A program made the position numbers and the translations under genes. A model generated the notes under the pieces. The model worked only from the letters and a program-made list of their open reading frames with translations. It was not told the origin of the DNA and did not search any database. Positions 38,241-50,446 of a stretch of 64,000 bases of DNA are shown here, piece by piece. The stretch's first letter is position 1. Each line of letters begins with the position of its first letter. Origin of the DNA: Neoechinorhynchus agilis. Its lineage: Eukaryota > Animalia > Acanthocephala. The DNA is taken from positions 6,294,389-6,358,388 of the forward strand of contig CM121343.1 of the NCBI GenBank assembly GCA_051530055.1, read 5' to 3'.

Positions 38241-41200
38241 GTTTTAATCTTCTTAAGTGTGATAATTATGCGCGAGTACTTGAATGAGTGTCAATAAGTG
38301 ATTAGGTTTTGATTGGCATCTGAAATCTTGGAGAGGCGCTTTATCTCACTTTCGAGATAATTATAAAGACAATTTGTGAATGGATCACTACCGGCTCGCA
38401 GACTGGTCCGACAAAGTGTTCTACGGGCTCAAAACTCAAATGAATATAGTTTAGGATTAATCACCGATTGGCGCTTCGGTCTTCTCTCATGTGAGTTGTA
38501 GCGCATTTTGGTGGACAAGTCGATAAGAAGGTGCTGATAAACAAGATTGATAAGTACGATGAAAAGTAGGTCAGAGTCTTGTACATACAATCTTCTGAAA
38601 TACCTGCTGTTATGTTTTGAAAGTGTCTCTGGAACGCAGCTGATTTCCTGCATTCTCTGGGTCCCATTCCAGAGTCCGTCGATAAGCCACATCCTTTGCT
38701 TTCTAGCTATTATTCTAGGATACACAAGGAAATAGTAATGCCAACCTAGCGACCACCATTTGACGCCTTCAAACAAAAGCTAACAATCCTTATGCATTAA
38801 GAGAGTCCCACCTCAAACACGATGGACGTTGCAATGTGAATAGTTAATGTGGATTAATAAGCTCTAGAAAGGGATTGAAATGATTGTAGTGTGTGGGTGA
38901 AGGATATATGCAAATCAGTCTTTAATTAAGGTACGAATAAAGTTTCGAATTTCAGAAGTCGAGGGTTTTAATTACTAAAAGTAGCGGAGAGTAATTAAGG
39001 AAATACTCAAATTTTGGGTTAAGTGGCGAATCAAACGTCGGGAAAAAGAATAGACCGGATGCAAATCCATTAGCACTTTGTTCGGTATTCAGTAAACTAT
39101 GTAGTTAATCCATATATACATACTTGTAGAATTCGAAGATTTCAAAAAAAAAGAGTATCCAATAAGTGCCAAAGGGGGCATAATTGAGAAAACAACGTCT
39201 ACTAAATAAAACATACAGTTGATGTTTATTTCATAATCATGTTCGATGGACCGAGAACCGGCGATGATTACGCTTATGGGCAATTATGAATTTATGTGGA
39301 GGAAATTAGAGTGACACATGTATATTCTAAAGGCGCACTTCCAGCCGGAACCGGTAATTATTCTAGAACTAAGGCATATTCGTTCACCTCAAGAAGGCCG
39401 TATTAGCGAAGAGATTGGACCAATGAGGATTTCCTAACTTGGACATTTGATAGCAAAAGTAAATGGCGACATGTACTTATATGAGTGGCTTGTCAAGATT
39501 CCCAGATAAGTCCACAGACATCCTGACCTTCAGAGTCACTTCTAAAGATGATAAGCGCAGACCTGTAGACGCAAATTAAACACAGAAAATTGTTTTAACA
39601 TATAAATACCCTGTTAGTTCGTTACAAACGGATCTTTCAAGTTTCGAGGCGTTGTCTATGCAAAGGCAGTCTCAGTATGAAGGAGCCAAATCTATTCGAT
39701 CTTAACCAGACGGCTAAAATGAAAGTATGAAAAATTAGCACTTCGTTGATACGTAGACTTTAAGAAAGAGTCACTCAAGCGTTGTCAAGACACTTGTAGG
39801 CATGTGGATACATGGAATAGAGCGATATCAATCGATAGGACCCTTTGGAGTGCCATCATGACCACCAACGGTAGCGTGTTAGGTGTACCCGAATGGATTG
39901 ATGCACTTTTATGCTCCGAAATGGATTCACATTTCGATGATGGTAGTGCCGAAATCTCGCGCAGTGGTTGTATAACACCGTCCATATAGCCGCTAGCAGG
40001 CATCGTCGGGAACAAGCAAAAGTAAATAGTCATCCGTGGTTTCACAAAGGTATCAGGTTCTACCACAATGATAACAAGTACATCCTCGGGAATGTTTTCG
40101 GTAAAAATACAAGAGTCCGAGCCTCAGGGGTCACACGGGGATTGCGTTTATACAAAAGATTCCATCAATCAACAAATGGAAATGAGGGCAAAAAACACGA
40201 TCATCTATAAACAACTCCATCTTATGAATCAATTCACTCAATTAAACTAACAATCTTAAATGCGCCTTTCGAACAGAGTACAGTTGTTGCTAACAAGTTT
40301 TTAGCTTTATTTTCACAAAAAAAACCAAAGTGGCAGGTTGCACTGACGGCTACAATAACGCATTCGTAAACCTTGGCACTATGTGGCGCCTCGCATACGC
40401 TAAGTACGGGTGATTAACACAATGATAAGAGGATGCTAAATTTGCCCCTTAGGCGTTTGGGTAATCCATTATTCGAAGTGAAGTGACCTTGATAAGCACA
40501 CGGATTCTGTTGCGCAACCCGGCGGTGGCAGGTGATCTCTATAATTGCTGCGTGTAAATGTTCTGTAAACACCATTGAGTAAACAAACAACAAAAGATAA
40601 ATGTCCAGGAGTCACCGAGTTGTCCGTGAGAACGCAGAAATGAGATTAGCTCACCTTAGTATGTATAGATGGAGTTTCTGTAACATTAAAGGCCTCTTCC
40701 TTTCGCTCCATATCCGACTAGACACTAGTACTCGATTGAGACAGGTAATACCTAAGATTATCATCTATTCCGTCTCTCTAGAAGCGACAAAGAGCCGACA
40801 ACGACACTTCTGAACTTTTATGTGCTAATTTAACGCCATAATGAAATGGTACCCAAGCGACTTCAAACGTTGCGGACTTGCGAAATGATTTTATCGACTA
40901 AGAATTGCCCATACCCTTTAAGATTTTCAACGAGCTGCAATTATATTCCATCTATCGGAGAGGTGTGGAATTCACAACCCAATTAGGAGATAAAATCAGT
41001 GAATTACGAATAAAGACTTTTTAAGTCACTTCGCTGTATCCGCCGCTGCACCTCTAAATTTTATACAAACACAATGAGGAGAGGGAAAATTTCGAGAGAT
41101 TCAGCTAGTTTAAATCAACTTACTTTAAGTCCACAACTGCTGCCAGCATCTATTAACATTGGGACAACGCACAATTCCTGACTTTACAGTGAGATGTAGC

Positions 41201-43702
41201 CAAAAAATTACTACTGAAGTCTCTCAAGAGAATTAAAAATGGCTCTAAAGGGGCAATTTTTCATCGGACGATGGATTCGCTTAAATTTTGTATTAGGCAA
41301 ACGCGCGACAGCTTCCTATGAATTTTTTCCTATACATGAATCGATGAATTTGCCCCTAAGCTGCGACTGAAAGATTTTAATCCATCTGTACAAACCATCC
41401 ATCAGTCAACTTTCGTCCGCATATATAAATGGGCCAAACATGATTACAGAATAGAAGGAGGAGACTGAGGATTTATGATCGAGGGCATGAAAGACGCCTG
41501 GGAGATGCATAATTTGATTTGTCGCCTCAAAAAAATCATCACAAGGAGTGCAACTCTCACTGTCTGGCTATTAATCACAAATCCTCGTTTCGTTCTGTTG
41601 ATTGTCTTCAATTGTCCCTATGCATTTGCAGTAGAAATCAAAATTATACTAGGATATTCTCACATTCACTTTAGCTTAATTGACATTTTAAGCAAAAATT
41701 AAGCGCAATTCGGGTTAGACGTTTTTAACCAATGAAAATTGGTGATCATTATAAAGAGTGTAATGATCACGGTCGGGCAAGTGTTTCTTCGGCAATCGAC
41801 CATTAGCAATGCAGACAATAGAAAAGATATACACTATTTTGTCATCTTGTCTACAACGGGACTATTTATCCGCATTAAATACACCATCATGGCGATCGTT
41901 AATTTTTTTAGTTGATAAATAGAGTTATTCTTTATAGGAATCAAATTGCAAGGGAGCACATTTTTCCCATGGCCGTGATTTCTTTTTCTTAAATCTTAGC
42001 TGTTGAGTATTTTAGGATCGTTTTGAAGATTGAACATATTCAAAGTGACGACTTTAGGAACAGTTTGGAAACGTGGTCATCGGCAAAGTGTTAAAAATTT
42101 TGAACGATTTTTTAGATGAAAGTAGAATTCATAAATAATTGTCATTCACCATGATTTGGTGAGCGAAGCCGCAGAACCAACAGCTTAATATTTTTGCAAT
42201 TGCGAAATCATGCATCGTTTTATCCATGCAGTTTGTAAACTAAAGACTTGAAAATTGTATGAGCGTTAAAAATAAAGGAACAAACCATTTATTGTGTTTA
42301 TCTTGGTTTACTGTTTCAACTCAATATACTCCATATTCACGATTGTTTTTTCCGTGCCTTTTCATAATAAATTATTTGTGGTCTTGGAGATAATAATTTA
42401 TTCCAAAATTTTGCTGATTTACATGCTTTATAATTAAAACTTCGTTAGTATTAGTGTTCGTTTCTATATAGCTCATTGTTCCGCGAACTTGTCAATACAA
42501 TTAGATTATAAACCAATAAATTATTTGATCAAATCCCGATGTACAAATCATACAAGCTCAAAAACGATTCCGTTAAATATAAAACAAAAATTTTCAAGCT
42601 TTAGGGTAGAGAAACGTTTTGTACATTTTAACTTTTAGGCTAAAAAAGGTCAGTTGACATTTTGAAATTTTGGTCAGCGTAAATCTATTTTATTGAAATT
42701 AGAGTGAAACTCTTGAATACGGTCCACAAGATAATAAGAACCTACTGTTAATGCAGTTACAAAAAATTAACTGTGTTATGCTACAATTTTAACCTCTCAA
42801 CGAAGTCCTCCTAATTCGTTCCGCCCTCTTTTGTTTTTTTTGTCTGGTTGTAAAATTAATGTAAAATCATTAGGTTCGTAAACAATAACCCTCCAACACA
42901 ATTTCACTTTTGTATTTGCGCCTGAAAATCCAATCCTTATGTCCAAATGGAAAATTTAAGCATACTTAAAGGAAGTCCGGACTTCTCTACGCCTAGGTGA
43001 TTTTAAAGCATTCACACGTTGCAAGCAATGGAGCTTGTCCTCACATCTTAACGGTTCTGCTCGAGATATTTATTTAAGACGTTACTTAGCTTCCCTGCTT
43101 GAAAAATTCATATTAACTTTTGTAAACCATAAATTTCCTCCAGAATAAATCCTTTGTATTACACATAGCATTGAATTCGTACTTGCCGAGTAAATATGGT
43201 CACACTCACGTTGCCTGTTTTCGGAAATTCGTCCGTTATGCTTTCGATGCAACCCTTTAAATTACATTTCGACCACATTTGAGGTCAAGCAAGCGAATAT
43301 TTATTTTAATTTCTCTTCAATTCCTGTTTCGCCACATTTCCCTTCTATTGATGAAAGTCGCGTTATGTACCAAAGGCGATACGAAAAGGTTTTTAAAATA
43401 TTTCTGATTTATGGTTCAGAGCACAAATGGATGTGTTGACTTTGTGATTAAGCAGTTTTATTGCTACATTGCACTGGAAAACATTTATTGCTTAAGAAGT
43501 TGTACAATAATATAAGAGATTTAGGTGTGCTCCAAGGATCAAATACTTTCCTTACGGCGGAGAAATTAAAATGATTTTAACCTTGATAAACGCGTACAAA
43601 ATTGTGCTGAAATATCGGATTTTAAAATAAAATCATATGAACAATTCAATCTCCAAACAATTTATTATTGAAAACGTCGATATGTGAGTGGAATTATTAT
43701 TG

Positions 43703-43890
43703 TTAGAAGTCTACACCCTCGGTCGAAATAATTATTTCGATTAAAGACGTTCTATGAACCTCGTCAGGTTCATCATCTCAGTTTGTTAGTAATGGACGCT
43801 ACTAACAAACAAACTCATGATGAATCCGACGAGGTTCGCAGAACGTCTTAAATCGAAATAATTATTTCGACCGAGGGTGTAGACTTCTAA
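43703..43890. mobile_element. Palindromic MITE-like element, family A
   Basis: Arms of about 75 bp are near-perfect inverted repeats. Relatives lie at 55270-55480 and 61261-61349. Confidence 0.8.
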
Positions 43891-44419
43891 ACCACAATTT
43901 TATTATAAAAATCTATGGAGTTTGTTGAGCTACTCAATGTAGGTCATAAATACCTTTATCTCATACGACCACAGTGATTAAATAATCATTTTGAGCGCTT
44001 TGGGTTTGAACATAATCTTAATTACTGTCTACTCATTATTATTAGAGGCGCAATTTTTGAAAATTACTAATAAAATTAACAAAACAATAGGAGGAAATAC
44101 TCTAATTTTAAAAATATTAACGACTTATAAACAACTACAACTGTGCAAACTTTCAACTTCAAACCCGAGATTATTCGTGGTAATGTTTTCATTGGTGATT
44201 CGTAGCGGTTCGAAAATTTCACTTAAATCGATTTGTCAAACCGGGTTCCGAAAACTAAGGTGACATAATCATGAAAACGTATAAGTAATGCTTAATATTA
44301 CCGTGGTAGTAATTTTTTAAACTAAGTTGTGTCTATTCATATTTCCTTAGGCAAAGTCGAAGATATAATTACTTCTAACAGGTATTGAAACAAATTTTAT
44401 CCGTTTAAAATGCTACACT

Positions 44420-45660
44420 TTATTGTGTAGACACTGCCATAGTGTGATCGCCATTTAATTCTCCAATTGGACACTTTAACGATTTATACGATTAAGCTAG
44501 AAGCACCCAGACATACAATTAAATGGTTTGATGGTGGATTGGGCTGAAATTAGATTACAGGAGATTTTAAACGCGGTGGCAAGACTCCTGGTGAAATGGT
44601 AGCTCGTTTTTAAATCAAGATATTATCTTTATTTGAGTGTTGAAATATATAATATACAATTTATCGAGATTCTGATTCTCAATTTTTTCGCTTAATCACT
44701 TTTTGAATCCAGAATAGCTTTCTCAATGATTCCGAAATTTTTCCAAATTATACCCATTTGTGCCTGTATCGATCTGATATCGCTGGCATTAAAAAAAGCT
44801 CGAATTTGCAAAAGTATAAAATACATGTAACCGAAATCGCTATCCGTCGACAAGTTTGATTTGATTCCAATCAATTTCTTAGCCCAGAACTGCTGTTTAT
44901 AATTTCTACCTAACCTAGACTCATAAAAGCTTAGATTTCTCTGAGTTAGCGTTAGGTTTATATGTTTGGTTGATATTAGCTGCTATAGACATGATTTGTG
45001 GGTACTTTGTGAAGATGAATTTTAAGGAGTTTTGTAAATTGTACCCATAATGGTCTTCATAAATGGACTGAACATCCTCATATAGAGTTCGACATTGATT
45101 TAACGATAAATAAGCAATTGTGCTGCAAATGAGATCCAATTCATTCTGAGTACTTAGGCCAAGGCAGAACAATTTAATACAATGATGAAGTTCACGTGCT
45201 TCACTAATGATCGGTATTTTCAAACTTCAGCACAACAATGCCGATCTTTAGCTTAAGAACTGTTCCCGTGTACTTATAAGACCACAAAAAAGTCTAATAA
45301 TTGATAATGGTCGCCCATTTTTTATCAGCCGTGCACAAATCGCATCGGATAATTTGTAAATAAAAAGTCTTTGGAACTGGTTAGTTAATTGAGAATTATC
45401 ATGGTTCTTCAAAAATTCTTTAACCAGTTTCGCTTCGCATCCATGGATAGTAAAGTCGGTTGACTGATGGGCATTTAACTTTTGAATCAATCGTTGAAGA
45501 GACACACACTTTAAAGTCAAATCGTCTCCATACATTGAATATATGCCGCACTATGTTTTACTTTTGTGCTTTGTTAAACAGTGAGTCATCAACCTTTCAT
45601 TTTGAGAACTTTCGTTTGCTGAGTTTCCGTCACATTCGTATAACGAGGAACGTTCATCAT
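44420..45660 (-). CDS. Probable highly divergent annexin-like protein, multi-exon
   Basis: Annexin-like repeat motifs: YSMYGDDL..K; ARELH..IKLFCLGLST.NE.DLIC....S..Q.....Y...YGYNL...L; IEKAILDSKSD; SL...IGELNGD. Exons not fully resolved. Confidence 0.45.
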
Positions 45661-45744
45661 AAATATGATGAAAAATAAAAGTTAAATGTTCGTATTTTTT
45701 TCGAACATACATAATTTATAGTTTCATCAACGCTCCTATTCATC

Positions 45745-46057
45745 GGCGCTGGCCAAAATGCTAGCCGCATTGCCCCGCTGCACCGCAATGCTTATTTTTT
45801 GCGCCAAGAACGACGTCGATCTTGGCTCTCCAGTCGCAGCGTTGATTTGTTTCCCCAAGTCCTTCAGGAGGGCTAGTGCCGACCCTCCCAAGGCCCCATA
45901 CGTTTCCACACCGAAGGGGACAAAATGGTAATTTCGGATTTCAAGTTATTACATCCCTTCCTCGGCTTTTGGCATGAGGCCACGGCATGTAAGAGATCGC
46001 TGTGGCTTCATCCGTGACCTTATGCCAAAAGCCGAGGAAGGGATGTAATAACTTGAA
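45745..46057 (-). mobile_element. CRE-type RLE 3' fragment with fold-back at its 5' end
   Basis: Minus strand encodes YHFVPFGVETYGALG...L.DLG..I..ATG..RS..FL.QKISIAVQRGNAASI. Perfect 36-bp inverted repeat at 45940-45975 / 46022-46057. Confidence 0.75.
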
Positions 46058-46151
46058 TCAAAATAACACGGCTTGCCAGTAACATTTAAAAATTAATTAA
46101 CACTTTCCCCGAGTTATAAATACTGACCGAGTTTGTACAATCTGCGGTTTT

Positions 46152-46391
46152 GCTGAGGTGGTCAAGTGGACTAATGCTCTTGATCCCAGTAAAGGGGCAA
46201 CGGGTTCGAATCCGTTACCGCCGATGACGCACAACCAAAAAGGGACCAAATACCGCTGAAGGGAATGCGAAACTCACTGATGAGTCTCGCCTCTTTGGAG
46301 GAATGTTACAATTCGCATCAAAGTCTAAGTGATTCAATCACTTCTCTAACGTAAGAGATCGGTGTGGCTTCATCCTGTGGCCTGTCATGCA
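46152..46391 (+). mobile_element. tRNA(Leu/Ser-like)-headed SINE-like element
   Basis: A-box-like TGGTCAAGTGG, B-box GGTTCGAATCC, no complete cloverleaf. The post-head motif gttaccgccgatgacgcacaaccaaa is shared with 51415-52104. Confidence 0.6.
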
Positions 46392-46732
46392 TTCGAGAAT
46401 TTTTCGTTTTACTACTTTACTGGTATCACAAGAGTTCTACATAGTTATTGCTAGGCAATCAACAGGTCGTAAAATAGCAAGCAATAGATTTTCAAGATTG
46501 TTATCGATCAAAAACAACGAACTTTACGGATGAGTTTGCTGAGGAATTTTAATCTTTAGCATAAAGGCGTTTCCAAATTAAAGATTTCGACATATTCAAC
46601 CTCTTTCGAAAAATCGAGAAGCCATTATTATTCACTCATTTATGTTCTTTAAGGCATTTTGATGCACCAAGTGTTTGAGTAGAAGTATAAAATAAAATCA
46701 TCGATAGAGAAAATCCTTCGGATTAGTCAAAG

Positions 46733-46896
46733 TATTATTTTGGTGAAAATAATCCAGATAATAGCACATTTGATTTATTGGAAATATTTCGCGAGGTAAC
46801 CTCGCCTCATCAGTCATTGTTAAAGTAGGTCACCTCGCGAAATATTTCCAATAAATCAAATGTGCTATTACCGGGATTATTTTCACCAAAATAATA
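46733..46896. repeat. Palindromic element, family B (70-bp arms, 24-nt spacer)
   Basis: 46733-46802 is the reverse complement of 46827-46896 with 3 mismatches. Confidence 0.9.
46781..46813 (-). ncRNA. Candidate minimal type-I (Penelope-type) hammerhead ribozyme core
   Basis: Minus strand reads CTGATGA-G-[GCGAGG tta CCTCGC]-GAAA-TATTTC: both conserved core boxes, a 6-bp stem II and a palindromic stem III. Stem I pairing is weak. Confidence 0.5.
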
Positions 46897-46942
46897 ATAA
46901 AATAAGATATTACAATATCGACTACGGTCGCGCGAATATAAC

Positions 46943-47125
46943 TGTGGCCGAGTGGTGGTGGTTCAAGTCCACTAGTCGCTGGGTTCCACGGGGGTAGCGA
47001 AGCTACTGGAAGGGTAGTGGTCAGGTCTGAGATCGCCCATTGACCCCATAAGAGGGTTGGTCCTTTCCAGCCGAAAAGCTCCCAAAGAACGAAAAAGGGA
47101 TTATGTGTGAGACTGTGCAATAAAT
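46943..47125 (+). other. GC-rich structured element with collapsed tRNA-like A/B boxes
   Basis: TGGCCGAGTGG is followed 3-4 nt later by GGTTCAAGTCC. Hairpins gtagc-gaa-gctac and ctggaaggg...cctttccag enclose ggtca/tgacc and accc/gggt stems. Confidence 0.35.
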
Positions 47126-47522
47126 AACTACTTAAAATGTTTCAACATAGTATTTATCGATTTTTATAAATCAGAAACCCAAGAGGATTGAAAGGAATAA
47201 ACTTGTCAGTGTCCCAAAGGTTAATAATGCCGATTGCAGACTAAGAGAGACATTTTTTATTAATGCGCCATGGTAACAGTTAGGACAACACTGTTGACTA
47301 AACCGGAGGACATAGTCCTCAGGACTTTTCAACTGAATAAACGTGCGAGGAGGGAAATACGCTCAAGCAAGAGATTTTCGGAACCTCTGAGCATTAACCG
47401 TCATCGATTATATCATTTGAAGTACCATTCAGTCAGTGCTTTAAAGTAGCGATATTGTCTCTAAGTTGGTGGCTACTATGGTTTAGGCTGCGACTGAACG
47501 TTTATTTTACTCACGTTATTGT

Positions 47523-48248
47523 CTAACAGCAGCACGATGGTTGGCAGCAACAGCATCCTCCGCCGCATCCGCCACCGCATCCGAGGCATCCACCACATCC
47601 TCCACAAGATTCGCAGCAACCACATCCGAGACATCCAAGGCTTCCGCCACATCCACAATCACAGCAACCGCAATCGCAGCATCCGCCACAGTCGCCGCAT
47701 CCGCCGCATCCGCCGCATCCGCCGCATCCGCAGCATCCGCAGCATCCATCGCAGCAGCATCCACCACAGTCACAGCAGCATCTGGGTCTTGGTGGCACGC
47801 AGCAGCAGTGGTTGCATACCATAGCTGGTCGAGGTGGTTCCATGACGCATCGCGTCTTAAGGATTGGTGGAGGTTGGCAAGGTTGCTCATATATATTATG
47901 AACGACCTTTTGAGCAGGACGCATGCAAATCACACGCTCGATGACGTCCGGTGGCGGCGTTGGAAGCCTGTGCCGGCAGCAGCTATGCTGTGGTGGAGGG
48001 GTTGCACATCGATAGAACTGTTTGAAATGCTGTGAGCAGGGCGGGCAACAGCAACCGCCTCCGCCGCAGCATGGACTGCAGCACGGACTGCAGCAAGAAC
48101 AGCAGCACGAATCATCGCAACAACCAGAGCAACAGTCGCACCCACACGGTGAGCAGCAAGATCCGCAGCACGGCGAATCAACGGTTTCCATTTTTTCCCG
48201 TTTAAATAGTTTTTCTTCTCCAAATTGTGTAGTTGAAGCAGCGCACAT
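47523..48248 (-). CDS. Cys/Gly-rich structural protein with a central Pro/Val/charged domain
   Basis: Single 241-aa ORF, about 70 Cys by hand count, CC/CCC and GC(GG) repeats at both ends, central [17 protein letters not shown]...VV.NIYEQP..PPP, no signal peptide. Confidence 0.8.
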   Translation of the reverse strand: MCAASTTQFGEEKLFKREKMETVDSPCCGSCCSPCGCDCCSGCCDDSCCCSCCSPCCSPCCGGGGCCCPPCSQHFKQFYRCATPPPQHSCCRHRLPTPPPDVIERVICMRPAQKVVHNIYEQPCQPPPILKTRCVMEPPRPAMVCNHCCCVPPRPRCCCDCGGCCCDGCCGCCGCGGCGGCGGCGDCGGCCDCGCCDCGCGGSLGCLGCGCCESCGGCGGCLGCGGGCGGGCCCCQPSCCC

Positions 48249-48804
48249 CTGGGTTATTATTTATGGGAAATCTAAAAAAATGGGTTATTATGAACCTAAG
48301 ATCGACAATGTGTTGCCACATTGAAATGCTTGTTGTAAACAAGTGAACTATTTAGGTATGCAGCAGGAGAGTACAATGATTTCCCAATTTTCGTTCCTCT
48401 TTTATAGACAACCTCGAACTCCACCAATGTTAGTGACTGTTCAAAAATGCATCATCTTAATGTAAGGAAAATAGACTGGCACAATCACCTACACCAAAAG
48501 CAATACGTACTTTCCATGCTTTCAACATCTAGTCAATGTACGAAGGTGCCTTTTGTTCAAAAAGTTTCCCTGTTCATTTCAATACTATAAAATCATCAAC
48601 GTTATTCACTGCTTGTGCAATCAGAATCAATCATACTAACTTTTTTCAGTGTTCGTCAACAGCACACTTTAAGTCACTAAAAATCTATTTCTCATAGAAA
48701 ACTATAATCACGCTCCAACCATACAGTATAATTCATGTCATCATTGAAATATCTTGAAGATCATTACCACGAGATCTTTTGACATTCTAAAACTAATTCA
48801 TCTC

Positions 48805-49364
48805 TAGCAAGATTAAATTCAAATTTTTATTAGCAATTGCGATCTGCATAAAACTATAAATATATCCAGACGCAATCTTCACTAATCCTCGAAATCCTTG
48901 ACTTTTTCTTTTGAATTAGCAAGATTAAATTCGAATTTTTATTAGCAATTGCGATCTGCCTAAAACTATAAATATATTCAGACGCAATCTTCACTAATCC
49001 TTGAAATCCTTGACTTTTTCTTTTGAATTAGCAAGATTAAAATCGAATTTTTATTAGCAATTGCGATTTGCCTAACACCATAAATATATTCAGACGCAAT
49101 CTTCACTAATCCTTGAAATCCTTGACTTTTTCTTTTGAATTAGCAAGATTAAATTCGAATTTTTATTAGCAATTGCGATCTGCCTAAAACTATAAATATA
49201 TCCAGACGCAATCTTCACTAATCCTTGAAATCCTTGACTTTTTCTTTTGAATTAGCAAGATTAAATTCGAATTTTTATTAGCAATTGCGATCTGCCTAAA
49301 ACTATAAATATATCCAGACGCAATCTTCACTAATCCTTGAAATCCTTGGCTTTTTCTTTTGAAT
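48805..49364. repeat. 112-bp minisatellite, 5 copies
   Basis: Units start at 48805, 48917, 49029, 49141 and 49253, with few substitutions. Confidence 0.95.
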
Positions 49365-50446
49365 TATCGTGTTCAACAAAGTGACCCTTACTGCTTGTGG
49401 ATTCTCTATACCGTCGTATTCAACGCAGCAGTAGCGATGATGTTTGATGCGGTACATTCACTATTTGATGTGGAAATGATTCACAGTCGTATTTTCGTTT
49501 CGCTTTCCTAACGGGCTCCGAGAAAAACTACAGGAAAATTTCATTGGAAGATCTGGGTTCGTGCATAATTGATAGTGAAACCCTTACAAAAATTCAATGA
49601 TTGGTCGTAGTGACTTTTTATTTAATAGACCGCAGCAACGCCCTCAACCACGCAATGGGCAAATCCGACTAAATTGTGATCGACGAAGCGCTGGAAATGA
49701 TAAAATACCATGCCAAGTAACAGTTGTCACTCGTTTCCTAGCTCATAGTGATACTGAGGTTTGTAATGGAAAGGAGCCGCAAACCGCTTTTCAAAAACCC
49801 GATAATGTGGATAGGCTAATGAAAAACGATTGTTCCAATGATATAGCATCATATGAAAAAGGGTTGTTACGATGCTATCCACAGAACGTGGGAAATCTAT
49901 TTGAAAACAAAGAGAGCGGTTCACACTTTTACCGGCCGATTAAGTTAAAACTTGCAAAAGAATACAGCTTGGACTACGCTTTGCAGTGAATGATTACCGT
50001 GTTTTGAAATAAAAACTTGAAGCTTTAACCGTGTTCCTTAAAATATGCTATACTGCTTAATTTTTGAACTTTTTAAATATCTAAACGCTCAAAAATCCGA
50101 TTGGAATAGAGGAACATATTTATAAGTCATTGCCTCGAGGATGCATTCAACATTGGAATTATTGTTTAGGTCTGCACCCGGAAAATGATTATTTATTAAA
50201 GACGTTTCGAACCACGTCGGGTTCATTATCATCAGTTCTAAAATACAAGTGGTTAAGTAATTATTCTGCTTTCGCACGCTCTTATGGTTGGTTGTGTTGT
50301 TTCATTTCGGTTAGCTATGAAGGCAGAGTTTGTAACCTCGTCGGTCATTGAGGTCCGATTTCTGTTCTTTGATTAAGAAGGCTTCCTTAATTTTTTTATC
50401 TTGTAAATGTATTCAATCAATCTTCATTTCTCGACAATTAACACAC

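Noticed and set aside
39785-40250. Overlapping short ORFs as a gene or retroelement
   Set aside because: No recognisable motif or splice structure. Left unannotated.
41247-41358. Harbinger-like MITE (aggggcaa...ttgcccct)
   Set aside because: The inverted repeat is short and imperfect with no clean TSD. It may be real but is too weak to list as a feature.
46152-46222. Functional tRNA gene
   Set aside because: D- and T-loop boxes are present, but there is no coherent acceptor or anticodon stem. Treated as a SINE head.
47519-48324. Ala/Ser-rich and Gln-rich plus-strand ORFs
   Set aside because: Antisense shadows of the Cys-rich coding repeat.
49597-49989. 130-aa ORF
   Set aside because: No family motif, and low-information composition. 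It cannot be supported without a search.
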